DNA of 63,064 bases, counting the filler, from Octopus bimaculoides (taxonomy: Eukaryota), in NCBI RefSeq assembly GCF_001194135.2. It is 5 parts of 5 records of this genome, joined end to end, with 100 filler letters (N's around TTAATTAATTAA, not from the genome) between each part and the next. Parts side by side here need not be neighbours in the genome. Positions count along the whole stretch, not along the records: positions 1 to 24,773 come from NC_068988.1; 4 more parts are not named here. The stretch is one strand, 5' to 3'. Shown piece after piece: positions 1-11,005 of the stretch. Made by a program: the position numbers and the translations under genes. Under the pieces are notes generated by a model, which saw only the letters and a list, made by a program, of their open reading frames with translations, was not told where the DNA came from and searched no databases. Within the stretch, counting starts at the first letter, position 1. Each line of letters begins with the position of its first letter.

Positions 1-67
1 TAGGTATTTTAAGAGGTGAAAAATGCAACTTACATGGGAGCCGATGTGTCTACCGTCCGTCCATGAT

Positions 68-121
<54 letters not shown>

Positions 122-318
122 CAGACAGGCGGATAGAGAGACAGGAGGTTAGACAGAGATAGACGGATAGACAGACTGACAGACAGATGGATAGACAGAC
201 AGATAGGCAGAGGAATAGACAGACAGACAGACAGACAGATGGATAGACAGGCAGACACATGCATACATACGTACATACATACATACATACATACATACAC
301 ACGTACATACATACATAC
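68..318. repeat. Compound tetranucleotide microsatellite (GATA)n/(GACA)n/(CATA)n
   Basis: Directly visible; explains the SIYL/YVCM-repeat ORF 30..341. Confidence 0.95.
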
Positions 319-676
319 TGGGGCCCTAGGATATGTAACACTACCTAAATACCAATCTTGAGAAATTAGGCGTCTCAAAACCAGAAAGGAAAAAGTTAAT
401 TCGAAGACTACAGATCCAATCCATCACTGGAACTGTAAAAATCTGTAAAACTTTCCAGAAGCTTATCATTTCAAAATATACATGAGCATGTCTAGATATG
501 CAACTATATGCGTGAGAATACATACATAGCGCAAAACATACAAATGTGTACATATACATGCATACAAAAATACCCTGTTGTTGATGTTGAAGTTCCAATG
601 AAGGAAACTTGGATCTAGGTTAGAAACCGGCTCTTTCTGTATTGGCAAGAAATCTTGAAATAAAACTGAACAATGA
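319..676 (+). mobile_element. 5'-truncated 3' end of a non-LTR retrotransposon, restriction-like endonuclease (RLE) class, R4/Dong-like
   Basis: Manual translation with one frameshift: GALGYVT/YLNTNLEKLGVSKPERKKLIRRLQIQSITGTVKICKTFQKLII. This resembles the GALG...GT..I C-terminus of RLE LINEs. A 3' UTR follows and runs into (CATA)n. Confidence 0.65.
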
Positions 677-1035
677 CATACATACATACATATATACATA
701 TATAAAGAGCAGATATACAGACAGACGGAGAGACGAACAGACAAACAGACAGACAGACAAGCAGACAGATAGATAGATAGATACGTCACAACAAATTCGA
801 AACAATAGCGACAGTGACAGCAAGCTTCCAACGGAACAATCGTAGGCTGTAGGCTGTTGGTGAGCTTTGATACAAAAGAAAATCGAATATTCCGAAGATT
901 TCACTTGTAAAGAACAACTTCTAAGGTTCTCTTGCTGACCTTTATATATTTCGCCGACTCTAATCGCTGTAAGTTTTAATTGCGATTCAAGACACGTAGC
1001 TTATGAGTTCATGATCACAATACGTCTGCGCATAC

Positions 1036-1286
1036 TCTTTACTCTTTTATTTGTTTCAGTCATTTGATTATGGCCATGCTGGAGCACCGCCTTTTAGTCG
1101 AGCTAATCGACCCCAGGACTTATTCTTTGTATGCCTAGTACTTATTCTATCGGTTTCTTTAGCCGAACCGCTATGTTACGGGGACGTAAACATATCAGCA
1201 TCGGTTGTCAAGCGATGTTGAGGGGACAAACACAGACACACAAACATATACACACACATACATACATATATACATATATACATATA
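1036..1286 (-). mobile_element. 3' part of a tRNA-derived SINE; the rest is lost in the N gap
   Basis: gtttcagtcattt...ggccatgctggagcacc...gccgaaccgct; related tail segments recur at about 5000-5140 (+), 13880-13930, 18960-19120 (+) and 53660-53810. Confidence 0.75.
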
Positions 1287-1678
1287 NNNNNNNNNNNNNN
1301 NNNNNNNNNNNNNNNNNNNNNNNNNNNNNNNNNNNNNNNNNNNNNNNNNNNNNNNNNNNNNNNNNNNNNNNNNNNNNNNNNNNNNNNNNNNNNNNNNNNN
1401 NNNNNNNNNNNNNNNNNNNNNNNNNNNNNNNNNNNNNNNNNNNNNNNNNNNNNNNNNNNNNNNNNNNNNNNNNNNNNNNNNNNNNNNNNNNNNNNNNNNN
1501 NNNNNNNNNNNNNNNNNNNNNNNNNNNNNNNNNNNNNNNNNNNNNNNNNNNNNNNNNNNNNNNNNNNNNNNNNNNNNNNNNNNNNNNNNNNNNNNNNNNN
1601 NNNNNNNNNNNNNNNNNNNNNNNNNNNNNNNNNNNNNNNNNNNNNNNNNNNNNNNNNNNNNNNNNNNNNNNNNNNNNN

Positions 1679-1731
<53 letters not shown>

Positions 1732-2079
1732 ATAATGTAATTGATAACAAGGAAAGTTTCAACGATAGATTGTTGAGGTGAGAATTTGATTTTTTGTCCT
1801 TAATCCATACTTTTAATATAATAAATGCGAAAACGAATTTCAGTGTGTCAGTGTATCATACTTTGATCCACCCCCGCCCCTCTCACTGTTCAGTGACACT
1901 TCTATTCCTCATGCTGGGGTGAGAACAATAGTAGGCATAGAAACGGTGAGGGCGATGGCGAAGACAAACAGACAGAGAGAGAAAAAAAGAGAGGGAAAGA
2001 AAGAGAGACAAAGAAATCTAGCGAGAGTTGATGATGTGTTATTAAAAGTAGTAGTGTTGATGGTGGCAGTGGGAGTAAT

Positions 2080-2114
<35 letters not shown>

Positions 2115-2381
2115 TGCACAACTTTTTTTAACCACGTCTCATTACGTAAGATTATAACTATACTTTCGGCTAGATAAAGGCCGTGTTATAAAATTTGCTA
2201 AAATGAAAGCGGTTTTAATCCAAAATTAAAGAAATAACACCAATAAACCAAACCATGAGAAAGTTCATTATTTAGTTTAGCAATAGATGGCGCTGACGTA
2301 TTGTGTACAATGCCAAATACGTCAGTTTGTTCTTGGTAACTCTCAGTGTCGTTTTCACTGCCGTCACGAGTGGTATGTGTA

Positions 2382-2426
<45 letters not shown>

Positions 2427-2463
2427 GTGATTACTGTTTTAATTGTGCTACTTGTGTTAGATC

Positions 2464-3159
2464 ATGAATAGGAGAGGCTGTGTCAATCACCCAGACAACT
2501 TTTGTTATGTCTGTGGAAAATTTGCTCCGCGTGACCAGCGGAGGAACATTGCCACCAAATTAAAAGTTGCCTATAAATATTATTTCGAGTGTAAAGTTGG
2601 GGACCAAGACAAGAGATGGGCACCTCATATATGCTACACCGTGTGTTACTCAGGGCTTTCACAGTGGCTGAATGGGAAACGGAAAGGAATACCTTTTGCT
2701 GTAACAATGGTATGGTGTGAGCCAACCAATCATGTCTCTGATTGTTACTTTTGCATGACTAATATTAGTGGTTTCTCAAAGAAAACCGAAGCAAAAGTTG
2801 TGCATGCAGATTGTAAGTCGGCTCTAAAACCGGTCCCACATGACTTCGAGAACCCTGTCCCAGTTCACTTCCCATATGCTTCACTTGAAAATCTTCACAC
2901 GTCACATGATGAACTCTCTGACTCTCCTATCAACGAAGAGTATGTTGGTGAGTCTAAGAAAAATGAGCCAGGCTGGTTTAATCAAGAAGATTTAAACGAT
3001 TTAGAAAGAGGCCTAGCATTGTCCAAGGAGAGGGCAGAAGTTTTGGGATCCAAACTACAACAAAGGAATCTCCTACAGCAAGGAAGGGAAATTTCCATTT
3101 TCCGTTCTCGCCATAAAGGCTCATCTGTCTTTTTCAAGCAAGAAAATAATGCCGACTAA
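2464..3159 (+). mobile_element. N-terminal half of a Cys-rich DNA transposase (from memory most like Sola3-type); catalytic domain absent
   Basis: ATG-initiated, stop-free 231 aa with the motifs C.NHPDNFCYVCG, AYKYYF..KVGDQDK.WAPH.C..C, PFAV.MVW.EP.NH..DCYFC and FNQEDLNDL.R.L.LSKE.AE.LGSKL...NLL, typical of a widespread invertebrate transposase family. The superfamily name is not verified. Confidence 0.75.
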
Positions 3160-3375
3160 ATCTCGATCAGTTCTCTAGTTTACGGTCCCCGGAGGGAAGA
3201 AAGGTCAGACTGACTTTAGTTGGAGTATATCAAAGTATAATGATGTCGAAATTGAAGTAAACAGCATATTGGATGCGAGTGAGAAACGCTATCAATAGTA
3301 AGAGCAAAACTATGTATGGTAAAGAGCATTAATGAACTATAAAGTAATAAAAAAACAGGGCTCAATAGTCCACAC

Positions 3376-3669
3376 CAGCGCTTCTTAAACTTTTTTCATT
3401 CATGACCCCATTTTTCATCACAAGATTTTTCGCGACCCCAAGTATAAAACATGAAATAAAATATAAATAAATACATAAATCATTTATTTTTTTTCTTTTT
3501 GCTGAACAATATACGGATAAAAAAAGGTAGTTTGTCAAAATAAAAGTAGTTTTAGGATTTGTGAAATAACATAAACTGAAATTCAAGGGTTTGAATTTAA
3601 TTTTCGCGACACCAGCATTTCGCTTCGCAGCCCCAAATGAAGTCGGGACCCATAGTTTAAGAACCGCTC
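3376..3669. mobile_element. hAT (Charlie-like) MITE, 294 bp
   Basis: Left TIR cagcgcttcttaaact (3376); the right end agtttaagaaccgctc reverse-complements to gagcggttcttaaact (14/16 match). Identical 8-bp TSD GTCCACAC at 3368-3375 and 3670-3677. Confidence 0.92.
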
Positions 3670-3832
3670 GTCCACACAATCCACAAAACATTGCTACGAT
3701 GACCATATTTATGAATCTATCTCGCGTGCATGCACACACACTCACACATACAGACACACACATATAAGTAAGTGCATAAGGGTATCATGCGGTATCACAA
3801 GTGAGTGCATAAGGGACTCGTCATTAACCAGG

Positions 3833-4111
3833 CGAAATGCCGCTAAGCATTTCGCTCGGCGTGCTAACGTTTCTTATTTCTTTATTGCCCACAAGGGGCT
3901 AAACCTAGAGAGGACAAACAAGGACAGACAAATGGATTAAGTCGATTATATTGAACCCAGTGCGTAACTGGTATTTATTTAATCGACCCCGAAAGTATGA
4001 AAGGCAAAGCCGACCTCGGCGAAATTTGAACTCAGAACGTAACGTCAGACGAAATACATATTTCTTTACTGCCCACAAGGGGCTACACACAGAGGGGACA
4101 AACAAGAACAG
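3833..4111 (-). mobile_element. Head-to-tail multimer of the dominant tRNA-derived SINE
   Basis: gaccccgaaagtatgaaaggcaaagccgacctcggcgaaatttgaactcagaacg core; the tail tgcccacaaggggct occurs twice. Confidence 0.85.
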
Positions 4112-4489
4112 NNNNNNNNNNNNNNNNNNNNNNNNNNNNNNNNNNNNNNNNNNNNNNNNNNNNNNNNNNNNNNNNNNNNNNNNNNNNNNNNNNNNNNNNN
4201 NNNNNNNNNNNNNNNNNNNNNNNNNNNNNNNNNNNNNNNNNNNNNNNNNNNNNNNNNNNNNNNNNNNNNNNNNNNNNNNNNNNNNNNNNNNNNNNNNNNN
4301 NNNNNNNNNNNNNNNNNNNNNNNNNNNNNNNNNNNNNNNNNNNNNNNNNNNNNNNNNNNNNNNNNNNNNNNNNNNNNNNNNNNNNNNNNNNNNNNNNNNN
4401 NNNNNNNNNNNNNNNNNNNNNNNNNNNNNNNNNNNNNNNNNNNNNNNNNNNNNNNNNNNNNNNNNNNNNNNNNNNNNNNNNNNNNNNNN

Positions 4490-4526
<37 letters not shown>

Positions 4527-4584
4527 TGAATGGAATATTCTTTGCATTTCTCTATTTCTTTTTTAAAATCTAAACAATTCATAA

Positions 4585-4900
4585 GTCGACTTAGGGTCTG
4601 CAGGAGATGCCTAGTTCATTGGAAGCCCTCCATTTTTTTTTTATTTCTGGGGACTTTGAATGAATGCTTGAACTACATTTATTTCATTCTCTTCGGAGGT
4701 AACATTGACTGGTCGACCACTTTTTTGTGCTTTGCAGATGGACCTAATCTATTCAAATTTGTCACGTATTCTGTAATCTGTTAATCTTGACGGAGCTGGT
4801 CTTTGGAATTCTTCAGTTCATTTCTGTCTAACCGTCTCTGCATTCTCTGTTTTCTGGTACTGCTTGGTGATCTACTTCCGTTCATCGTTGGTCAATTTCC
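4585..4900 (-). pseudogene. Degraded Tc1/mariner transposase N-terminus (maT-like, DUF4817-type HTH)
   Basis: Minus-strand translation LTNDERK*ITKQYQKTENAETVRQK*TEEFQRPAPSRLTDYRIRDKFE...KSGRP..VTSEENE..V.QAFIQSP...RASNELGIS, with stops. Confidence 0.8.
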
Positions 4901-6184
4901 AGTCATATACGGATTATATACACTCACACACACACATTTGTGTGAATGTGTCGCCAATGACGGACAATTGATGTTAGTTTGTTTACGTCCCCGTGACTTA
5001 GCAATTAGGTAAAAAAAAATACCAATAGAATAAGAAACGAGACTTAAAATAAAAACTCGGGTCACTTTGTTAGATTAAACTCTTCAAGAAAGTGCTCCAG
5101 CATGACCGCAGTTCAGTAATTTAAACAGGTAAATGAATAAAAAGAAACAACTTCATGCTCATCTCATGTTTACGTTCAGAGCGTTCTTTAAAACATACCT
5201 ACATACAAACATTGATCTATGTTCGTGTGTAATTTTTTATGCCTACACATATATACATCTGCATGCATATATATATATGTAGGTAAATATATACTGATGT
5301 AGCTGTGAAGATGTGTGTGTGTGTGTGTACATACACACGTATACGCATGAATGTTTTATTTGTATACGTATGGAGGCGTTGTATATATTACATATATTTG
5401 TATTGGTATATATTTACACACATATTCAGTCTTATACAATAGCGTATATTGTGTTAGCGTACTTGCTTTAAGGGCAATGAGTCTACGTGTAGCGTGTCTA
5501 TATTTAAATGCATGTATATGTGTATATATACATGCATACAGACAGACAGACAGACAGACAGACATATACGTTTAGAAGTGTGTGTGTGTCTATACCTATG
5601 TACTTTGTTATAAATACATGTACAAATTTATATCATGCTACACGAGTCAGTCACGAATTAACTTTTGTATGTGGGTGTGTGTTTCTGTGAAAGCAGGCTT
5701 AGAACAGCTGTGCTGATTCTGCTACTATTATGTAGACTGTTGCTTGTGTGCATTAGCTTAATATCTGTGTGTGCGCGTGCATGAAGCAATAGGACGAAAA
5801 GGTTCAAAAGAATTATTTACAGAACGAATTTTGCTATCAATATAACGCGTCTCCTCCCTGCATGCAACACACACACAGAGGCACACATATACACGATGTA
5901 TACACATTAGAAAGAGAGAGATTTGGTTAGAGACTATAAGGCACCATAAAATGGCATAAAAACCGTTGTTGGAGGGTAAAGGAGAGTAAAGAACCACGTG
6001 AAGAATGTGAGGAATACAAATACAAAGAAATAAAATCAAGGAAATGGAAAAAGTGCGCGGGATGGAGAATTAAATAGAGAATAGGTAAAGGGCTAAAAAA
6101 TTGGGAGCGAGAGCAGAGTGGAGCTTCTTTGCTTATTGCCATTAATATAAGAGTAGCGAGTGTATGTAATATATGTTGATAGAC

Positions 6185-6192
6185 AGACAGAC

Positions 6193-6254
<62 letters not shown>

Positions 6255-6415
6255 GTAGTTAGATAGTTAGATAGTGAGAGACAGAGAGAGAGACACAGAG
6301 AGAGACACAGAGAGAGACACAGAGAGAGACACAGAGAGAGACACAGAGAGAGACACAGAGAGAGACACACAGAGAGACACAGAGAGAGACACACAGAGAG
6401 ACACAAAGAGAGAGT
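6185..6415. repeat. (GATA)n followed by a 12-bp GAGAGAGACACA minisatellite
   Basis: Directly visible; source of the SLCL/SLCV ORFs. Confidence 0.9.
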
Positions 6416-6624
6416 GTGTGTGTGTGTGTGAAATATGAGACAGCAAAAGAGAATGAAATGGAGAAAGAAATTAAGAAACATACAAAGAAAGAGAAGGAAA
6501 ACAAAGTGAAGGAAGAGCACAAACGAATGAATGTTTGATAGATTTGAGTGGGGAGGGCGATTACTAACCGTCTTTTCGGAAGGAAGTGAATAAAAACAAG
6601 ATACATAGATAATGTGGTAAAGAG

Positions 6625-6684
<60 letters not shown>

Positions 6685-6767
6685 TCAATAATATAATGTT
6701 GCATGTCTCTCAATGCTGGGTATATAGAGTGAACAGTAGTTAAACATTGCCCTACTCTCCTACAACC

Positions 6768-6820
6768 ATCATCAGTCACAATCATCATCAGTCACAATCA
6801 TCATCAGTCACAATCATCAG
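6768..6820. repeat. 16-bp tandem repeat ATCATCATCAGTCACA, about 3 copies
   Basis: Directly visible. Confidence 0.85.
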
Positions 6821-7484
6821 AACACAGCAACTCATTAAACTACTTTTATTTTAGTCTCTTACAATCTCCGTTCATATCTTTCTTCTTTCTCATTGTTTCA
6901 GTTCTTTTTAAAAATTATTTGCTTCTTTTTTTTTTTTAATTCTTTGTGTTTTATAATTTCCTTTTTCAATTCTTTTTTTTTCTTTCGTTTTTTTCCCCTC
7001 GTTCTTTCTTGCCTTTCGTCTTCAGATAATTTGGATTTCTTTTTACATTTTTTTTATCTTTACCTTTCTTTGAATATTTCTCTATTTAGTTCATCTTTTC
7101 AAGCAGCCTTGGTTTTTTTTTTTATCTCTTTTTTTTTTTGTACTTCTTCGGTACCTAACATAAAGAACAAAATATCCAAAAAACTTGTTTAATAACTTGG
7201 AAGGTCTAAAACTAAAAGCAAATAATGCGATCAATCCTACTGATATCGGATTAAACAGAAAAATCAGTTTCAATTTTCTTCCCTTTTGTAATTTTTTTCT
7301 TCATTTGCCTGTTATTATTTTTGTTTTTTTTTCTCTTGCATATATCTGATGGAATGACTGGAGAATATCAGAAAGCATATTTGGAGTTAATATTAACTAA
7401 TATATGAGTATTCGGAATTAAACACACAATGACGAAATATAACTTCAAACATTTTTAATTTTACTATCGTAATAATAATGATAA

Positions 7485-7931
7485 TAATAATCCTTTCTGC
7501 TATTGATACAACGCTTGAAATTTTGGGAGAGGGGGGGGGCTAGTCGATTACATTGGCCACAGTACTTGACTGGTACTTGTTTTATCGACCCCGGAGGCAA
7601 AGACGATGTCGGTGGAATTTGAACTCAGAAAGTCTGACGAAACGCTGTTAAACATTTAGTCCGGCGTGCTAACGATTCTACCAGCACGCTTTAACAATAG
7701 TAATCTTTTCTACAATAGGCACGACGCTTGAAATTTGAAGGAAGGGGATAGTCGAATACATCAACCCCAGTACTCAACTTGTACTTAATTTATCGACCCC
7801 AAAAGGATGAAAGGCAAAGTCCACCCCGGCAAAATTTGAACCCAGAGCGTAAAGACGGACGAAATGCCGCTAAGCATTTCTCCGGGGCGCTAATGATCCT
7901 GCCAGCTCACTGAATAATAACAATAATAATG

Positions 7932-7965
<34 letters not shown>

Positions 7966-8162
7966 CTATCTACTAAATGCACAAGGCCTGAAATATTGGG
8001 GGAGGGGACTTGTCGCTTACCTCGACCCAATGTTTCCCTGGTACTTAATTTATCGACCCCGAAAAGGCAAAGTCGACCCCAGCAGAATTTGAACTCAGAA
8101 CGTGAAGACAAACGAAACGCTGCTAAACATTTTGTCTGGCATGCTATTCTGCCAGCGCACTT
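7485..8162 (-). mobile_element. Three consecutive full-length SINE copies (about 7490-7690, 7700-7912, 7960-8162) separated by AAT/ATT repeats
   Basis: Each has tttatcgacccc...gaatttgaac.cag, and most end in a head resembling ctgccagc.c.c. Confidence 0.85.
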
Positions 8163-8205
8163 TAATAATAATAATGACAACAACAACAACAATAATAATA
8201 ATACC

Positions 8206-8520
8206 ATCATGAAAGAAAGAAAAAAGGTTGATAAATATAGAGATCTGAGATTGAGATCACGAAGATGTGGCAGCTACGAGAGTCAAATATAAAGATTATC
8301 CCTATTGTCAGCGGAGCATTGGGTTCAATACGAAACAATCTGAAAAAACATCTGGAAACCTTAGGAGTACCCTACAATCTAGATGTATTGCAAAAGTCGG
8401 CATTATTTGGAACTGCACGCATATCGCGTAAAGTACTGTGTCTGAAGTCCTTGTTGTGACTTGACAAACTGTAGAAACACCCGGTAGACGCAATATCTTC
8501 AATCAACAACCTCACGATGA
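8206..8520 (+). mobile_element. 3' fragment of an R4/Dong-like LINE (RLE C-terminus and 3' UTR)
   Basis: KERKKVDKYRDL/RMWQL....KIIPIVSGALG..NNLKKHLETLG...LDVLQKSALFGTARISRKVL; preceded by (AAT)n. Confidence 0.85.
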
Positions 8521-8590
8521 AATCAGAACGTAGCGACGAGCGAAATACTGCTAAGCATTTAACCCGGCGTGCTAACGGATCTGCCATTTG
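8520..8590 (-). mobile_element. SINE 5' fragment
   Basis: tcagaacg...gaaatactgctaagcattt.acccggcgtgctaacg.atctgcca. Confidence 0.75.
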
Positions 8591-10955
8591 GAACCATTTG
8601 TTAGGTCACAGAGTAAGCTACGTTTCTAATCATTTGTTATTGATCCCTTTTGGAGCTTTGAATGTCCAAATCAAATCTGTTCACTTTTTTTCTTTATTTT
8701 TCTTTCTGTGGGTAGCGACAAGAAACAACGCACAACCTTCGCCTCATGCAGTTTTATTCTACGACTATTTTGTCTTTATGAGAAACCTGACTTTGAAGAA
8801 TCTTCTTTCAAGCTTGTTCTTTAGTGAGTTGTATATCCAGCCAACGTCATCACGCCACCACCATTAATGTATCGACATGGCACTTATGAGATCTTCGAAG
8901 GACGATTAATCTTATTACGTTGTCTTTCTCCTTCTCGTCATCATCGTCATCATCAATATTGTTCTGAGGCGACGGGGGTTCTTTAACTTTTAAGAGTGGT
9001 ACTTTTTTTCCTCTCCTCCCTAATTTACGTTTCCTCCAATGGTTTGAGCAATTGTTTCTGTTTTCATTACTAACTCACCTACACACATACACTTACATAC
9101 ACACACCCATACACACACACATTCCTTCTTTGCCAACTCTCTTTCTCACTCTCATCACAAGAGGAAGGGATGCTGCTGCTTTCAGTCACGGCAAGGAGAT
9201 GAGGTACCTTATTGTTGGCTTTCAGACCCGAATATGAGCTAACTTATCCCCCACCTCTCGATTGGGTGATGTTTCCTTTTTATCCTTCGCGTCTGTGACA
9301 TAGAACGAGGCCTTTTTTCAGCCATCCATGGATCTGCAACCACCAACAACATCACCCCTTTGGTAAAAATAGTAGTGCTATTGAAACAGCAGCCTTCGAT
9401 CCTTGCCCAATCTTTTTGCAGTTTGTCAACTCTGCTGAGCAGAAAATGTTCAAGTGGCTTTTGCTGACACATCAATTACAACTGAGTTTCCGGTCTCACA
9501 CCATCTGTTACATTGTATTAGGCTGAGGTATCTACAACAAGGCTCCGCTCAAGACTGATCTTTTGCTCCTTAGTGATCACAGTTCTGACTCACTCCAACC
9601 ACATAGCGCTTCTTGCTATTTATGTTCTCATCATTCGTCTATATTGCTTTACAAAAGAACCAATAAACTAGGGTTCAATTTTAAACTTCTTGTATTGCAC
9701 TGCCTTTACGCTGGGGTACAAACAGGAAACTCACTTTTCTATGAGCTTCATCTTGATCTTGGAGGTTTCTATACATCGAATACTAACCCAAATATTTTAG
9801 CTGATCTTTTAAAATGTACAAAAAAGGTAGCTTCTTTCTTGAGACAAAGGCTTTTCCTCCATCCACGATGCTGGTTCTTAACTTTATGGATCCCGAACGG
9901 GGTCAATAAAATAAAGTGGAACTCAAGAGATAAAGAATTATAACCAAATATTGCCAAGCCCGTGTACTATTTTATCAACACTAGCGGATTTAAAAAATGC
10001 ATAGCGTTAGTGAAGTATATTTCTGTATGGAGACCTAAATACACGCTAATTTTATCGATAGCATTTGTAGAACACTGAAATTAATACCAAACAGGAATTG
10101 GCTCAGTCCCAATAAATCTACAATTGAAACCCTAGAAGTTTGTGCAGAGTTTAACATAGTAGCGTGTCTGAAGCGAAACTAACCTACATTATTTCAGAGT
10201 TAAGTACATCAATACCTCAATCGTCCAATCATAAGGACATCATTTCTTAAACTACATTTGATTTCAGGACCACGACAACATATGAGGAAATTAGGAAACT
10301 AGCATTAAAGAGTTTAAAGTGGAATAAATTGGTTTACCATTCAGAAGAAAAAAGGCGAACGTTTTGGCAATACTCTTCGACTAATTATTCTGCCCGAAAC
10401 TCTAGACATTTCCTGTTTCTCAAAGCAAACCAATTTCTTCTGTTTTCGAACTCTTTATGCATTTGATTTGGTCTACTATTAGCACTATACTTCATTCACT
10501 AAACAATTTTATTAATCTGGATGCGACAGATGTAATGCATATCCGAATCGCAACATGGTGAGCAAAAGAAGGATTTTTCAATCATTGCATTATGAACAAG
10601 ACAAGTAACTAAATGTTATGTTTCAATATGTCGAAACAAGAGTCACACGAATTGACAGTTTCTGATCAGCGTTCAATGAAAGCAACACAAAATGTATCGC
10701 TGAGTTAATACACGGAATGTATCTTAAACTAAACAGGAATTTTAAAGCCTCAATAACGATTGATTTATCCTAGAAATGTTAGTCGATTCATTTCATTCAC
10801 CACAAAGATGTAACAGCAGGATGACAAATAGATAGATAAATAGATAGATAGACAAACAGACAGACGGACAGACGGATGGACGGACGGATAGATAGAGAGG
10901 GGGAGAGAGATTACATAAACATATGCATACATATATATGAACAGATATTTATGTG

Positions 10956-11005
<50 letters not shown>

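Noticed and set aside
940-949. TATATAAAG TATA-like box on the minus strand
   Set aside because: Such motifs are common at this AT content; no downstream exon identified.
8850-9075. Minus-strand frame ...VPLLKVKEPPSPQNNIDDDDDDEKEKDN... with a GTAATA possible donor
   Set aside because: No acceptor or start found; the acidic run derives from a (GAT)n microsatellite.
9240-10300. Complex, non-repetitive stretch that may be an old transposon coding region
   Set aside because: Manual translation gave no motif series I could assign; needs a translated search.
10633-10655. GAAAC-AAGA-GUC (also GAAAC-AG-GUC near 30055 on the minus strand) as hammerhead halves
   Set aside because: No CUGANGA core or stem I at the right spacing.
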